A DNA stretch of 63,282 nt, the filler included, from Craspedostauros australis (taxonomy: Eukaryota), in assembly GCA_030167865.1 (NCBI GenBank). It is 5 parts of 5 records of this genome, joined end to end, with 100 filler letters (N's around TTAATTAATTAA, not from the genome) between each part and the next. Parts side by side here need not be neighbours in the genome. Positions count along the whole stretch, not along the records: positions 49,203 to 60,437 come from JALAGF010006361.1; positions 60,538 to 63,282 come from JALAGF010006365.1; 3 more parts are not named here. The stretch is one strand, 5' to 3'. Positions 53,359 to 63,282 of the stretch are shown here, piece by piece (positions within the stretch are counted from its first letter, which is position 1; each line of letters begins with the position of its first letter). Position numbers and translations under genes: made by a program. The notes under the pieces were generated by a model, which worked only from the letters and a program-made list of their open reading frames with translations, did not search any database and was not told the origin of the DNA.

Positions 53359-54300
53359 ATGGCCAACCTCGCCACCCTCGTCGGTCCCGATGGCACCACG
53401 GCCTCCGAAGGCATCCCCCTCTCCTCCTTGGTCGGTTCCGTCTTCACCATCCTCATGGGAGTCATGGGGGTCACCCTCGGATATCTCCAAACGGTCCACG
53501 ACTTTGGCCACAAGTACCTCACAGGATTCTGCATCCTCTTCATCCAGCTGGCCTACGTGCCCTTCATCACTGATCTGACGGCCGTGGGACGCGATGCTCG
53601 CAGCGGCGATGCCTTCTTCCCTCCAAGCTACGACCATAATGAAGGGGATGTTCGCTTCGTCGGTGCGATGGGCATGATGGGTGTCTTGGGTTACGGCACG
53701 GCGCTCCTTGGCAGTCTGGCATTCATCGCGTTTGCGTTGTACAGCTTCCAATCCGGTCAGCCGCAGGCCCGACCAGGCAGCTACTACAGAGGCAGACTGC
53801 ACTTCTACTCCTTCACCATCCTGCTGGCAGGGTTGAGCCAGCTGCTGCTGGGATCGTTCCTGCTGGATCGCTTCGGAAGCGGACCTCTTGAGAATGGCCC
53901 AGTCGCTGTCGCCATGTACTTCATCAACTTCCCAGAGATTGCCATCGCCGTCGGGTTGGTGCAGGTGCTCAATGCCATCTTCGGTTTTGCCCGTGGATTT
54001 GGATTGTGGAACGGCAAGGACAACCACACGTTCCAGGCAACGCTGTTCGTCCAATGGCTGATGGTCATCACGTTCCAGATCATGGTCCAGGTGGCGTACG
54101 CACCTGCGGGCATGGCTGCTCCACGCGCCCCATCCGCGACGATGCTGACGTTGGGATTGAACTTCTTGCCTGCGTACTTGGACTTCAAGATGCGCAGCAC
54201 TCCGGAGAGCGTCCCGGCGGACTACTACGGTTTGGATCAGACCGATCCATCGAAGGACGATCGCAACGATTCCATGGATGAGGAGCAGGAGCAGGTGTGA
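53359..54300 (+). CDS. Polytopic membrane protein of unknown function; true N-terminus may lie in another frame from 53256
   Basis: 313 aa with about 7 hydrophobic Gly-rich helices, coding-like GC3 bias and an acidic C-terminal tail. Confidence 0.75.
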   Translation: MANLATLVGPDGTTASEGIPLSSLVGSVFTILMGVMGVTLGYLQTVHDFGHKYLTGFCILFIQLAYVPFITDLTAVGRDARSGDAFFPPSYDHNEGDVRFVGAMGMMGVLGYGTALLGSLAFIAFALYSFQSGQPQARPGSYYRGRLHFYSFTILLAGLSQLLLGSFLLDRFGSGPLENGPVAVAMYFINFPEIAIAVGLVQVLNAIFGFARGFGLWNGKDNHTFQATLFVQWLMVITFQIMVQVAYAPAGMAAPRAPSATMLTLGLNFLPAYLDFKMRSTPESVPADYYGLDQTDPSKDDRNDSMDEEQEQV

Positions 54301-54709
54301 GCTCTTCTGCGAGCGAATGAGGCCATACCTGCTGTCCAAGCGGCTGCGACTGCCGAGTTGGATAGAATACACATCATCCTCAAGAGTTTGGTGGCGATGG
54401 CGGAACAACATAAATCACAACGACCACTCACGCACTCTCTCATCCATCAGTCCAACCATAGATAGATACCGCACTTGCATAACATAGATCCTCGCACATT
54501 ACGATAGATCGAAAGACACGAAAAAACAGTCCTCCAGTATTGTATGCAGGCAAGGGACAACCACGCGCTTGGGCTCACGAGAGTATCCTTGGCAAGCATA
54601 CTCGAAGTATGACAGTGTCATGATGGACGGACACTTTAACTCTTATAGTATGGTAGAATAGAATACAGTAAAGGTACTAGTACACTGCTGATTGGTGGCC
54701 CCACACTCA

Positions 54710-57646
54710 TCAGATCTTCATGACAGTCCCTTCGCTCACCATCACTTTATCATCTTGCTCCATCCGTTCGACTATCTGCTCTATCTGGTCTCGGTCTTGG
54801 ATGTCGCTGCAGAGTTCTGACAGCTCCATCTGACCATCATTGTCGTCCAGCTCCTGGCTGATTCTCGCGATGAGTTCCGCATCTGTTGCGCTGTTCGATG
54901 CGACCTTGCGCCGCTTCGGTGCCGATTCTTCAGCTTCGGCGTCAGAAGCTTCTCCGTCGTCGGAAACCTCCGCGGAGGGCTTCTCCCTCTGCGGCAACGG
55001 ACTTTGGTTGGCATTGTACAGGGCGAAGCTGAGGATCTCCATCGCGATCTCGCAATCCGGAGTCGGTTCCACGATGTGGCTCAGGCGGAGCTTGGCGTGC
55101 GCCGTCGCCAATCGGATCACCGTCTCCAACGTACGCGCGGTGACTGGCAACGTGCGTTCATCCTGCCGACATCGCATCTCCGCGTACTCGTTGGCAATGA
55201 ACTCCGTGGCCTCTTCGGAAAGCTCCGGCTCCAAGCGCTTCGCGAAGTGCAGGTACTTCCGCAGGAAATCGTGCTGCAGGGTGTCATGCGCTGTGGATGA
55301 TCTGTGACTGTCATCACCGGCAAGCCGGCCCTTTTGCCAAATCGATTGGTTGCGTTGAGCGCCATCCTCGAATTCATCGTCGGAGTCGTCCATGTCATCA
55401 TCGCTGTCATTCTTGTCGTCGCCGCGACCAGGTCGGTATTGATGGCTGCGAATTACGTGGTTGGCAATCATCCTGTCTGTCTCTGGATCCACGAGATCCA
55501 AGACGATGAAGAGAAGGTCGAATCGACTCAGGAGTGAGTCCGGCAGGCCGATGTTCTCCTGCACTCGCTTGTTCTTGTCGTACTGCCCGAACACAGGATT
55601 GGCAGCCGCAAGCACGGAGCATCGGGCATTCAGGCTGGCGTGCATGCCCGCCTTCGCGATGGTCACCGTCTGCTGCTCCATGGCCTCGTGGATGGCAACT
55701 CTGTCATTCTCTCCCATCTTGTCGAATTCGTCCACGCATACAATCCCTCTGTCCGCAAGGACCATGGCACCGGCCTCCAGACGGCGTTCCCTCGTCTCTG
55801 CGTCCGAAGTGACGGCTGCTGTGAGACCGACACCAGAGGATCCTTTGCCTGTGGTGGAGACGGCTAAAGGCGCGATCATCATGACGGATCGAAGCAGCTG
55901 GCTCTTCGCCGTGGATGGATCGCCAACCATGAGCACGTTGATGTCACCGCGCAAATGCGTGCCGTTTTTCAGATTCTTCTCGCAGCCGGAAAGTAGCTGC
56001 AGTACCAACGCCTTCTTGATCATTTCGTGGCCATGGATGGATGGTGCCAGACTCCTGCCGAGGATGGACAGGATGCCGTCCTCCTTGCCGAGTGCTTTGA
56101 TGGTTCGCACATCTTGCGGTGAGAATGTGAGCCGGGTGGTGTCGCGGCCCAGGATGTGGACGTTGTTGACCAGGACCACCGTCTTGAACACTCCCGATGT
56201 TGATTGCGTGGCGGCAGTCGCCAACGCTCTGTACACTCCCACGATCATGACTCTGTCGCCTGGCTTAATTTTGTCCACCAAGTCGTGATCCAGCACGAGC
56301 TCCACCGACCTTGGAAGCTGGCCCATGGGGGCCCGTTCTGGCATCTCCTGCAACGTGATCGTCTGGTGATCCTTGTACTGTGACAGACCGTATTCAGTTT
56401 CGAGCGGGTTTCCATCTTTGTCCTTCGTGGGATACACGGTTTCTGTGATATTGATCATGCGATCCATCTCGCGCCCGTCATTGTCCACCTGCTGCAGGCC
56501 AAGCTGCGGGTCCGTGGCGTCGATGTAATTCCGGCTGGAATGCTGTTTGGTTTTGGCACAGTAGTGCACGGATTTGATGACCTTTGGTTTGATGGCAGAC
56601 ACTTTCGTGGCGACGCCCTCCACACATACCAGTTGTCTGAGAGCCGAGGAGGTCAGGTCACGTGGGCTGGATGGTGCTGCACCGACAGGCCCGGAGAGAG
56701 CAACCTTCACCCGGGTGCCTGAAAGATAGGAGAAGTGCAAGACATAGTTGTAGACATATGGCAATGTGGTAAAGTGTTGGCGTGGCGTGATGTGTTGATA
56801 TCCGTTCGTTGTACGAGAACGGTGAGACAGAAGTCAACGGCGGATCCCCATGCCTCAAAACTTCCAAGGCCCCATCATTGAGCAGGCACATCGCAGGCAT
56901 GTACACGTGAACTGTACGATACGATACGGTACAGGATGGCACCATGGTATTGTAGTGTGTTCACACATCCAGTTCGCCTGAAGCATACGTAAATAGTTGA
57001 CATTCTCGAAAGAAGTCGATGACCTACAGCAAGTTGCACGTACCTTCCTTGTCGTATCCCGGTCGTTCTTCCGATGCGATGCTGTGACATGCCGCCTCCA
57101 GGGCCCGCAGATGACGCAAAGGGTCCATTCTCAAGCTCTGACTGAGTGTCCCGCCGTCTCTCGACCGCAGCTCCGACATGCCAATCTCCACTCTGGGACA
57201 GCCCCATCCTGCCACAGATCTGCCCTTCGAGGAATGCGCAAAGTCATCGATCGCCGTCGCTATCCTATCCACGTGGTTGAATCTCTGCAGTTGCGGCGGC
57301 GGTGGTGGTGGCCATTGAATGAGTGAACGAGTTAATGGATGAATGAATGGCAAGGCAAGGTCACATGGCGATTTGGTGAGCTGTACTGCTATGTCACAAT
57401 GTCGTTGAACACCAACTGAGTGCAATCCATAGGTCTTGACTGCATGACCAGCATCGTCATCGTCATGGTCATCCAACGAACAACACGCAACACACAACAG
57501 CCGCCGTGTCTTCGGAGCTCATTCCGATCCCGATACTGATACTGTTGTCGCAAGTAGATCCCGCACAGTCGATCTGTTGGAATGGAACATACCTCCGACC
57601 GAAGAAAGGCATCGTAATCCTCCTTGAGCTCATTGAAGGACATCAT
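54710..57646 (-). CDS. MCM3: DNA replication licensing factor MCM3, 3 exons (57646-57593, 57284-57044, 56718-54710), about 767 aa
   Basis: KSVHYC, LETEYGLSQYKDHQ, QEMPERAPMGQLPRS, LRGDINVLMVGDPSTAKSQLLR (MCM3-type Walker A), CVDEFDKM, SLLSRFDL, TARTLETVIRLATAHAK. Both introns are GT-AG with compatible phases (0 and 1). Confidence 0.93.
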
Positions 57647-58605
57647 GGTTGCTGTGCTTGCTACCCCCACTCAACGAGAGAGAGAGGAAGAATGAAGAAC
57701 CGCCGTTCACGAGCACCCAACCCAACACACTCCGAAGCCGTCACGTTGCGCCACGTTGCGTTCTGTCTTGTGCTGTCCGATGCCTTCTTCTCAAGTTGCC
57801 CGGTATCGACGTCCACACGGCTGTTCCTCCACGCAACGATGAGGAAGAGAGAGAGGAGGCTGGAGTCGAGTGGAGTAAATGGTTCTGTCGCTGGTCTGAT
57901 GCACTGTCTCGGTGGAGTATTACGAGACCTCCGGTGTATCTGAGACAAACTCCGTCAAGTTGCCAATGGTTGGTTCTTTCACTGTGGTGTTTGGTTTAGT
58001 GGGACGCCTCACCTGGGTACAGATCCTCGCCTGGGTGGTTCCTCGCCTGTGCACAGTTGCGCGCAACGCCTCGCTTGCAACCAACACTTCGTTTCGCTAC
58101 GGTGGTCGCTGAGGCCAACCTCTCCAAACTGGCGTTTGTGCTTGAAACTCGCTGGTGTCGAATGATGAGTTCTGATTGGCTCATTTCCATCCAGTACGGT
58201 TTCACACGTAGGATGCTCGTAGAAAAAGTGGCGCGGATTGCAAATTGGTCATTTTTTCGTTCCACCCACGAAAACTCATTTTCCTTCTCTTCTTCCACGA
58301 CCATTTTGCGAGTCGCCACATGACACGACAACGTCGGTTGAACGGCCTCACCGAAGTCCCTTTTGCGATGTGAGCATCACTGACGCCATTCACACGAACG
58401 AAGAGAAGAGTGGAGAATGTACTATTATTTTACAAGTGTACTACATGGAACAGAACGATCTGAACGAAGCCCTCTTCTTATACCATATAATACGATATAC
58501 ATTATTGAGAAGATAGCACCAGAGCATTGGTGGACAATGATTGTGTCACCTGCTACGGATGGTGGATAAATAGTATTTCTATTGTGGTCTCCAGCATGCC
58601 TTTTC

Positions 58606-58640
<35 letters not shown>

Positions 58641-58708
58641 AGAGAGAAGAGTTGTAGCAAGATCAATCAAGCCATGAGTATGAGTACCCGTTTGCGTGAT
58701 ATGAAATC

Positions 58709-59845
58709 CTACAAGGGAATCTCCTTCGGAAACACAACGCCCTCCTTCTTGAACAACGCTCTTGCCGTCTTGCGGTTGACGCTGTTCATCGCGCCCTTCA
58801 GCTGCAACGTCTTGTGCTCGCGTTCCGTCAGATCGCCGGGTCGCAACGGCCCTTGCCCGTCCTTGTTGCTCGCCGCCGATAGATGCGCGCAAGTGATGGC
58901 GGTGGCGGCGCCCAAGTTAAAGGACTCGGCAAAGCCGGACATGGGCAGGTAGATGTATTCATCCGCCATGGCCTTGGCCTCGTCGGAAACGCCGCGGTCC
59001 TCGTTCCCCATCACGATGCAGATCTTCTTGCCGGACGCATCCCAATCGACCTCCCGGATGTCCTTCGAACTCGGATTCACGTCCGTGCAGATGATGTGGT
59101 ACTCCTCTCTCGACACCTCCAGCGCGTTCTCGATGGACAGGTGGTTCTTCAGCGTCAGCCATTGGGCCGATCCCATCGCCGTGCGCATGCCGCGCTTCTG
59201 CGACAACGCCGCCTTGCCTTTGAACATGCCGCTCTGAATCACGACGTCCACATCCTGGATGCCGAACGAGTCCAGCGTCCTCAGGCAGGCCCACACGTTG
59301 GAAGGGTTCGATGGATTCTCAAACAGGAACTTCACGTTCGATGTGCGCTGCCGCAATATGGAGTCCACGCGCTCCCACCGTTCGTCGCTGATGAAGGGAC
59401 GCAGCACGTCGATGGCGCGTTGCACGAGCTGCATGTCGAGACCATCCCACGCGCTGTGCGTCTTGGCGAACCTGTCGTGCAATGCCTTGTCTTGCTGCGT
59501 CTCGTGCTTCTCGATCTCCTTCCAATCGCCGTGGCTCGATGCGAGGTGGATGCCATCCTCGAATCGCTTGTCCCATTTGGGGGATGTGCTGAAATCGAAC
59601 GTCTCCCATTCCAACGTGGGGGCTGAGATCGCCTCCGATTCTTTGATCTCCTTCGTGATCTTGCGGCGTTGGCGTGCCTTGGGTTTGGATGTGTTGTAGA
59701 GCCTCGTGCTGGCACCACCGCACGCATATTCACACGACAGCCACGCCTTTGGCAGTGCCGACCTGGCTGCGGGGGAGAAAGCAGATATCAACCTCCTCCC
59801 GTTCATCATGATGATCAACATCGTCGGAAGCACTCGGTCTTTCAT
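58709..59845 (-). CDS. SpoU/TrmH-family tRNA 2'-O-methyltransferase, probably organelle-targeted
   Basis: FENPSNPSNVWACLRTLDSFG, AMGSAQWL, IVMGNEDRGVS, YLPMSGFAESFNLGAA; N-terminal extension containing ISA-F. Confidence 0.88.
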   Translation of the reverse strand: MKDRVLPTMLIIMMNGRRLISAFSPAARSALPKAWLSCEYACGGASTRLYNTSKPKARQRRKITKEIKESEAISAPTLEWETFDFSTSPKWDKRFEDGIHLASSHGDWKEIEKHETQQDKALHDRFAKTHSAWDGLDMQLVQRAIDVLRPFISDERWERVDSILRQRTSNVKFLFENPSNPSNVWACLRTLDSFGIQDVDVVIQSGMFKGKAALSQKRGMRTAMGSAQWLTLKNHLSIENALEVSREEYHIICTDVNPSSKDIREVDWDASGKKICIVMGNEDRGVSDEAKAMADEYIYLPMSGFAESFNLGAATAITCAHLSAASNKDGQGPLRPGDLTEREHKTLQLKGAMNSVNRKTARALFKKEGVVFPKEIPL

Positions 59846-60437
59846 CGCATGCACTGTTGTCTTGGTCTTTGCGGTGGTCTCTGCTGTTGTCTCTGCTGTT
59901 GTCTTTGTCCGGAATAGTGGCTTGTTTGCAGATCTTCGACGTTTCTTGAACGTTCGATGCGAGTCACCGTGGAATGAATGATCAATCTCGTTTGCTTGGG
60001 GTATTGCAATCCAGCATCATTGGCATCAGTCACCATGCGCCGACGCGCCGATGGGTTGATGGGTTGATGGGTTGTTTGTTCTTCTTCGAGGAAATTCATT
60101 AACCAGCCCTTTTGAAGTGCCGATTTGCATCAACCAGCCTGTTTTTACAACACTTAGTGGCACAAAACGTCCAANNNNNNNNNNNNNNNNNNNNGGACAC
60201 AGGGATTTCGCATCGACTGCCATGGTTAGTGTATAAATATAGACTACCTGTACCACACAGGAAAAGTTCAAGCCACATCATATTATACATGTTCATCATC
60301 ATCTTCATATTGCCAGTATAGTCCACACGAATGTACACCATCCAATGAGGGGGATACGTGACTACTTTAGTTGTAGATATGTACATCATCCATCTGTTTG
60401 CTCCAATTTCTTGCGTTGTGGATTGTATTCTGACGAC

Positions 60438-60537
60438 NNNNNNNNNNNNNNNNNNNNNNNNNNNNNNNNNNNNNNNNNNNNTTAATTAATTAANNNNNNN
60501 NNNNNNNNNNNNNNNNNNNNNNNNNNNNNNNNNNNNN
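60438..60537. other. Artificial scaffold linker
   Basis: 44 N + TTAATTAATTAA + 44 N. Confidence 0.95.
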
Positions 60538-62087
60538 CACGCTCCAATCTTCCAAATCTCCACGATGATGACAACGTCGACGTTGCGACAAGTGCTGCTG
60601 CAACGAATGGTGGGAGAAGCTCTGTGGCCCCTGTCACACCTGGAGGTCGGAGTGCGGCATCTACACCAGCCCCCTTCAACCGCACACATGAAGAAAGACA
60701 ACAGTCTTTGTCGTTGAACAAGCGCAGGTCAACGTTGGCAAGCATCCTCAAGGCCAAACGATCATCATTACGTGAAGTATCGTCGACCAATCTTCCCAAA
60801 TCGAAGCAATGACCATCTCTCGAATCTCGACCATCGCAATTGGCCGATCTTGCCTTGACTGAAGCATCCGCAAAGGCGCCATCATCGCCATCATCATCGC
60901 CGTCGCCACCGTCATCATCATCATCGCAGTCCAAATCCAAACTCAATCTTCAACAGTTCGAACGCAACCACGAACATGGAGGTGTCTCGGCCACAACCCC
61001 AAGCCCCATCCAGTCCTGGAGCCTTGAGTTTGGGAATCGAATGGCAATCGAGCAAGAAGGAACGAGGGGCTCCTTCTCACAACAGATCTGCATGCAGTTC
61101 GTTGCGCCCAAGTGAAGACTCAAGGCAACGACGTTCACGCGAATGAAGCACGGATGCTCTGCGCGATGAGATCAAGGAAAGGATCTCCAAGGTGCTTGGC
61201 AATGGGCCCCGACGTCACCACTCCAGCAAAACAAGAGACTCGTCATCACCATTGATAGTACCATCGAGATCACCGTCGCCACGACATCGGCGGAGAAGCG
61301 CACAGCACACCAGTGGCAAGCCTCACTCGACATCGTCAAAATTACAGAGTGTGGAGCGTTCGACATCATTGTGCCATCGTCGTGACGGAGCAATTCACAC
61401 TTGCTCCTCTGGAAGAAGCCGCCGCTCGCCATCGGCGCGGAGTCGTCGAAGTCCGTCCGATCGCGATCACAGAAGACTGCGCAACTATCGATGGACTCAT
61501 CGCCATCATCACGGCGACAACGAGCATCTGGCAGTTCGGACGATGTGAACGCAGCCTCACGTTCACGCCAATCCAACTCAAATGCGCACTCCACTGGTAC
61601 TGGTTTGCACCAACGCAAGGGCTCACCTTCACGAAATCATGTCCGAGGAAGTTCGCGAACACCAAATCAACGTGACCGTAGCCAATCGACACCACGTGGC
61701 GAAGATCAGCGAAGGAAGTCCTCCCATGAACGATCACCATCGGCGCGACAACGAAGCAGATCAAGAGGATATCGAAATTACAGCGTCGAACAGCACAGCG
61801 ATGAGCGAGNNNNNNNNNNNNNNNNNNNNNNNNNNNNNNNNNNNNNNNNNNNNNNNNNNCGAGATGAAGATGGACGGCATGGCAAGGAGCGACATGCCAA
61901 CAACAACATGGCGACAAACGTTCGTCATCACGCGGGGCCCTTCCATCGAATCGTCGTGGACGAAACAGATCGTCGACTCGCGATGCTGTCTACCATGAGA
62001 AGATATCTGGTACAAAGCCACTGCAACTCACACCAAAGAAAGCAGTCAGGAGCAAGAACGCGTCTCAGTACCGCCATCGCTCGATGA
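60538..62087 (+). pseudogene. Disrupted Ser/Arg-rich low-complexity coding remnant
   Basis: Protein-like S/R-rich segments are interrupted by TGA stops (60810, 61113). Similar RSPSAR...RNY peptides recur in different frames, which implies frameshifts. Confidence 0.35.
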
Positions 62088-63282
62088 ATGGCACCAAAAC
62101 TCCCACCCTGTGATGCATCACGATACGATGGGATGGAATGAGATGGAGGGGCGGCTCCGTATTCGTATCATACTCATAGAGGTATGGTAGATCCACATCC
62201 CTGTATGTAATACACCTACGAATAAACTGTACTTCTCTACGTATGCTTGGAACAGTACCGCATGCACTATATCTGCTTGTGCAATAGAACACTGTGATGA
62301 AGTCACCGGATGTTTCAAGAGATTGAAGGGCTGGATACTGCTCCCGCGCTGCCTCTGCCTCGTCTACGACGAGTCTGGTCTGCTCTCTACGATACATACG
62401 CACAGACGAATGTTGCCGATGTCATTCATGAGCAGATTGGACATCCGTGGTTCCATCCACACTCTACCATCAACATCGTTGTTGGTTCATTGCGCAGACA
62501 AAGGACACATGGCAGCAGCATTATCACAAGCCGTGCGGTCGTCACCATGCCACCGGATTCGCACACAGAGCAATCTACTCCAAGTTACACTACCAAGCAG
62601 ATTGAAAACGACAGTGCCGATGCCAGTCGATTCAAGTTGCTGGAAGAGACGATCTACGAAGAACACATAGCAAACAAGGCAGAGAGAAATGATGAGAAGC
62701 CATGAGGAGCATGGTTGCTGTGCGTCTCCATCGACCGTCCCGTATCGCGCTATTGTCCTCATCTCTCCATGAGTTACACTCCGCCATTGTGCCAGAACCG
62801 CAGTCGAGACCCTTATCAAGTCCCAGGAGGAGCAATCACTCACCGTTGTAGCAACACATGCCAGGGTCACTAATTGCTACGGGCAAGTGTGTGAGTGCGT
62901 GTGTGTGTGTGTGCTAAAGTTGAGTTGTGCCCATTTAGAGGGCCCATGGAAGGTCCCATGGAATTGTGAGCTTATTCTACTGTGGTCTTGACTTTGCGTC
63001 AAGTTCGCTAAATGTTGCGTGCGTCGCGGGCGCTCCTAATCGTGGCGTTGCTGACGCAGCGGCGTGCTGGTTCGGGTTTGGTGTCGTATCGATCAGCTGG
63101 ACTAATTCATGATAACACTCGCCCTCAGGTGTTGAATGCGTTACCAACCCATGATCAGCTTTCGGGCTGCCACGAATTTGGCTCGCGCCAATGGCTTCGT
63201 CATGATGTCGGCTTTCTGAAGAGTTGAATCGATGTACTTGATTTCGAAGGATCCTTTCTTGAGGTGAGATCGAAACCAATGG

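Noticed and set aside
2370..59845. tRNA-modification cluster of ALKBH8 and the TrmH-like gene
   Set aside because: They lie on different scaffolds.
60538..61400. Four same-frame TGA codons (60810, 61113, 61167, 61383) as selenocysteine or recoding
   Set aside because: The context is low-complexity and the more protein-like sequence switches frame; decay is the simpler explanation and no SECIS was identified.

Overview
Eukaryotic, gene-dense sequence, most likely from a diatom. Evidence: several bipartite signal peptides with ASAF-like plastid motifs, a short bacterial-type class I aldolase, a Ty1/copia fragment, short GT-AG introns and poly-Q tracts. The window is not one contiguous locus. 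Four 100-bp artificial linkers (44 N + TTAATTAATTAA + 44 N) join five scaffolds: about 1-24555, 24656-46805, 46906-49102, 49203-60437 and 60538-63282. Recognisable genes: ALKBH8-like tRNA AlkB/methyltransferase, a TTL/ATP-grasp + class-V PLP enzyme fusion, an importin-13/transportin-3-like protein, thylakoid FKBP, a Tim17-family protein, WNK kinase, plastid PPR protein, a giant ankyrin protein, serine acetyltransferase, plastid FBPase head-to-head with class I FBA, a sulfotransferase, a polytopic membrane protein, MCM3 and a SpoU/TrmH methyltransferase. Mobile and repeated DNA: a decayed Sola3-like DDD transposase, a copia gag-protease fragment with an unusually long insert, and a dispersed repeat of about 2 kb or more. 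The best candidate for undescribed biology is the single-ORF fusion of a Pby1/TTL-type ATP-grasp ligase with a cysteine-desulfurase-like PLP enzyme lacking the catalytic Cys, directly downstream of ALKBH8. All family calls are motif recognition by eye; no searches were run.
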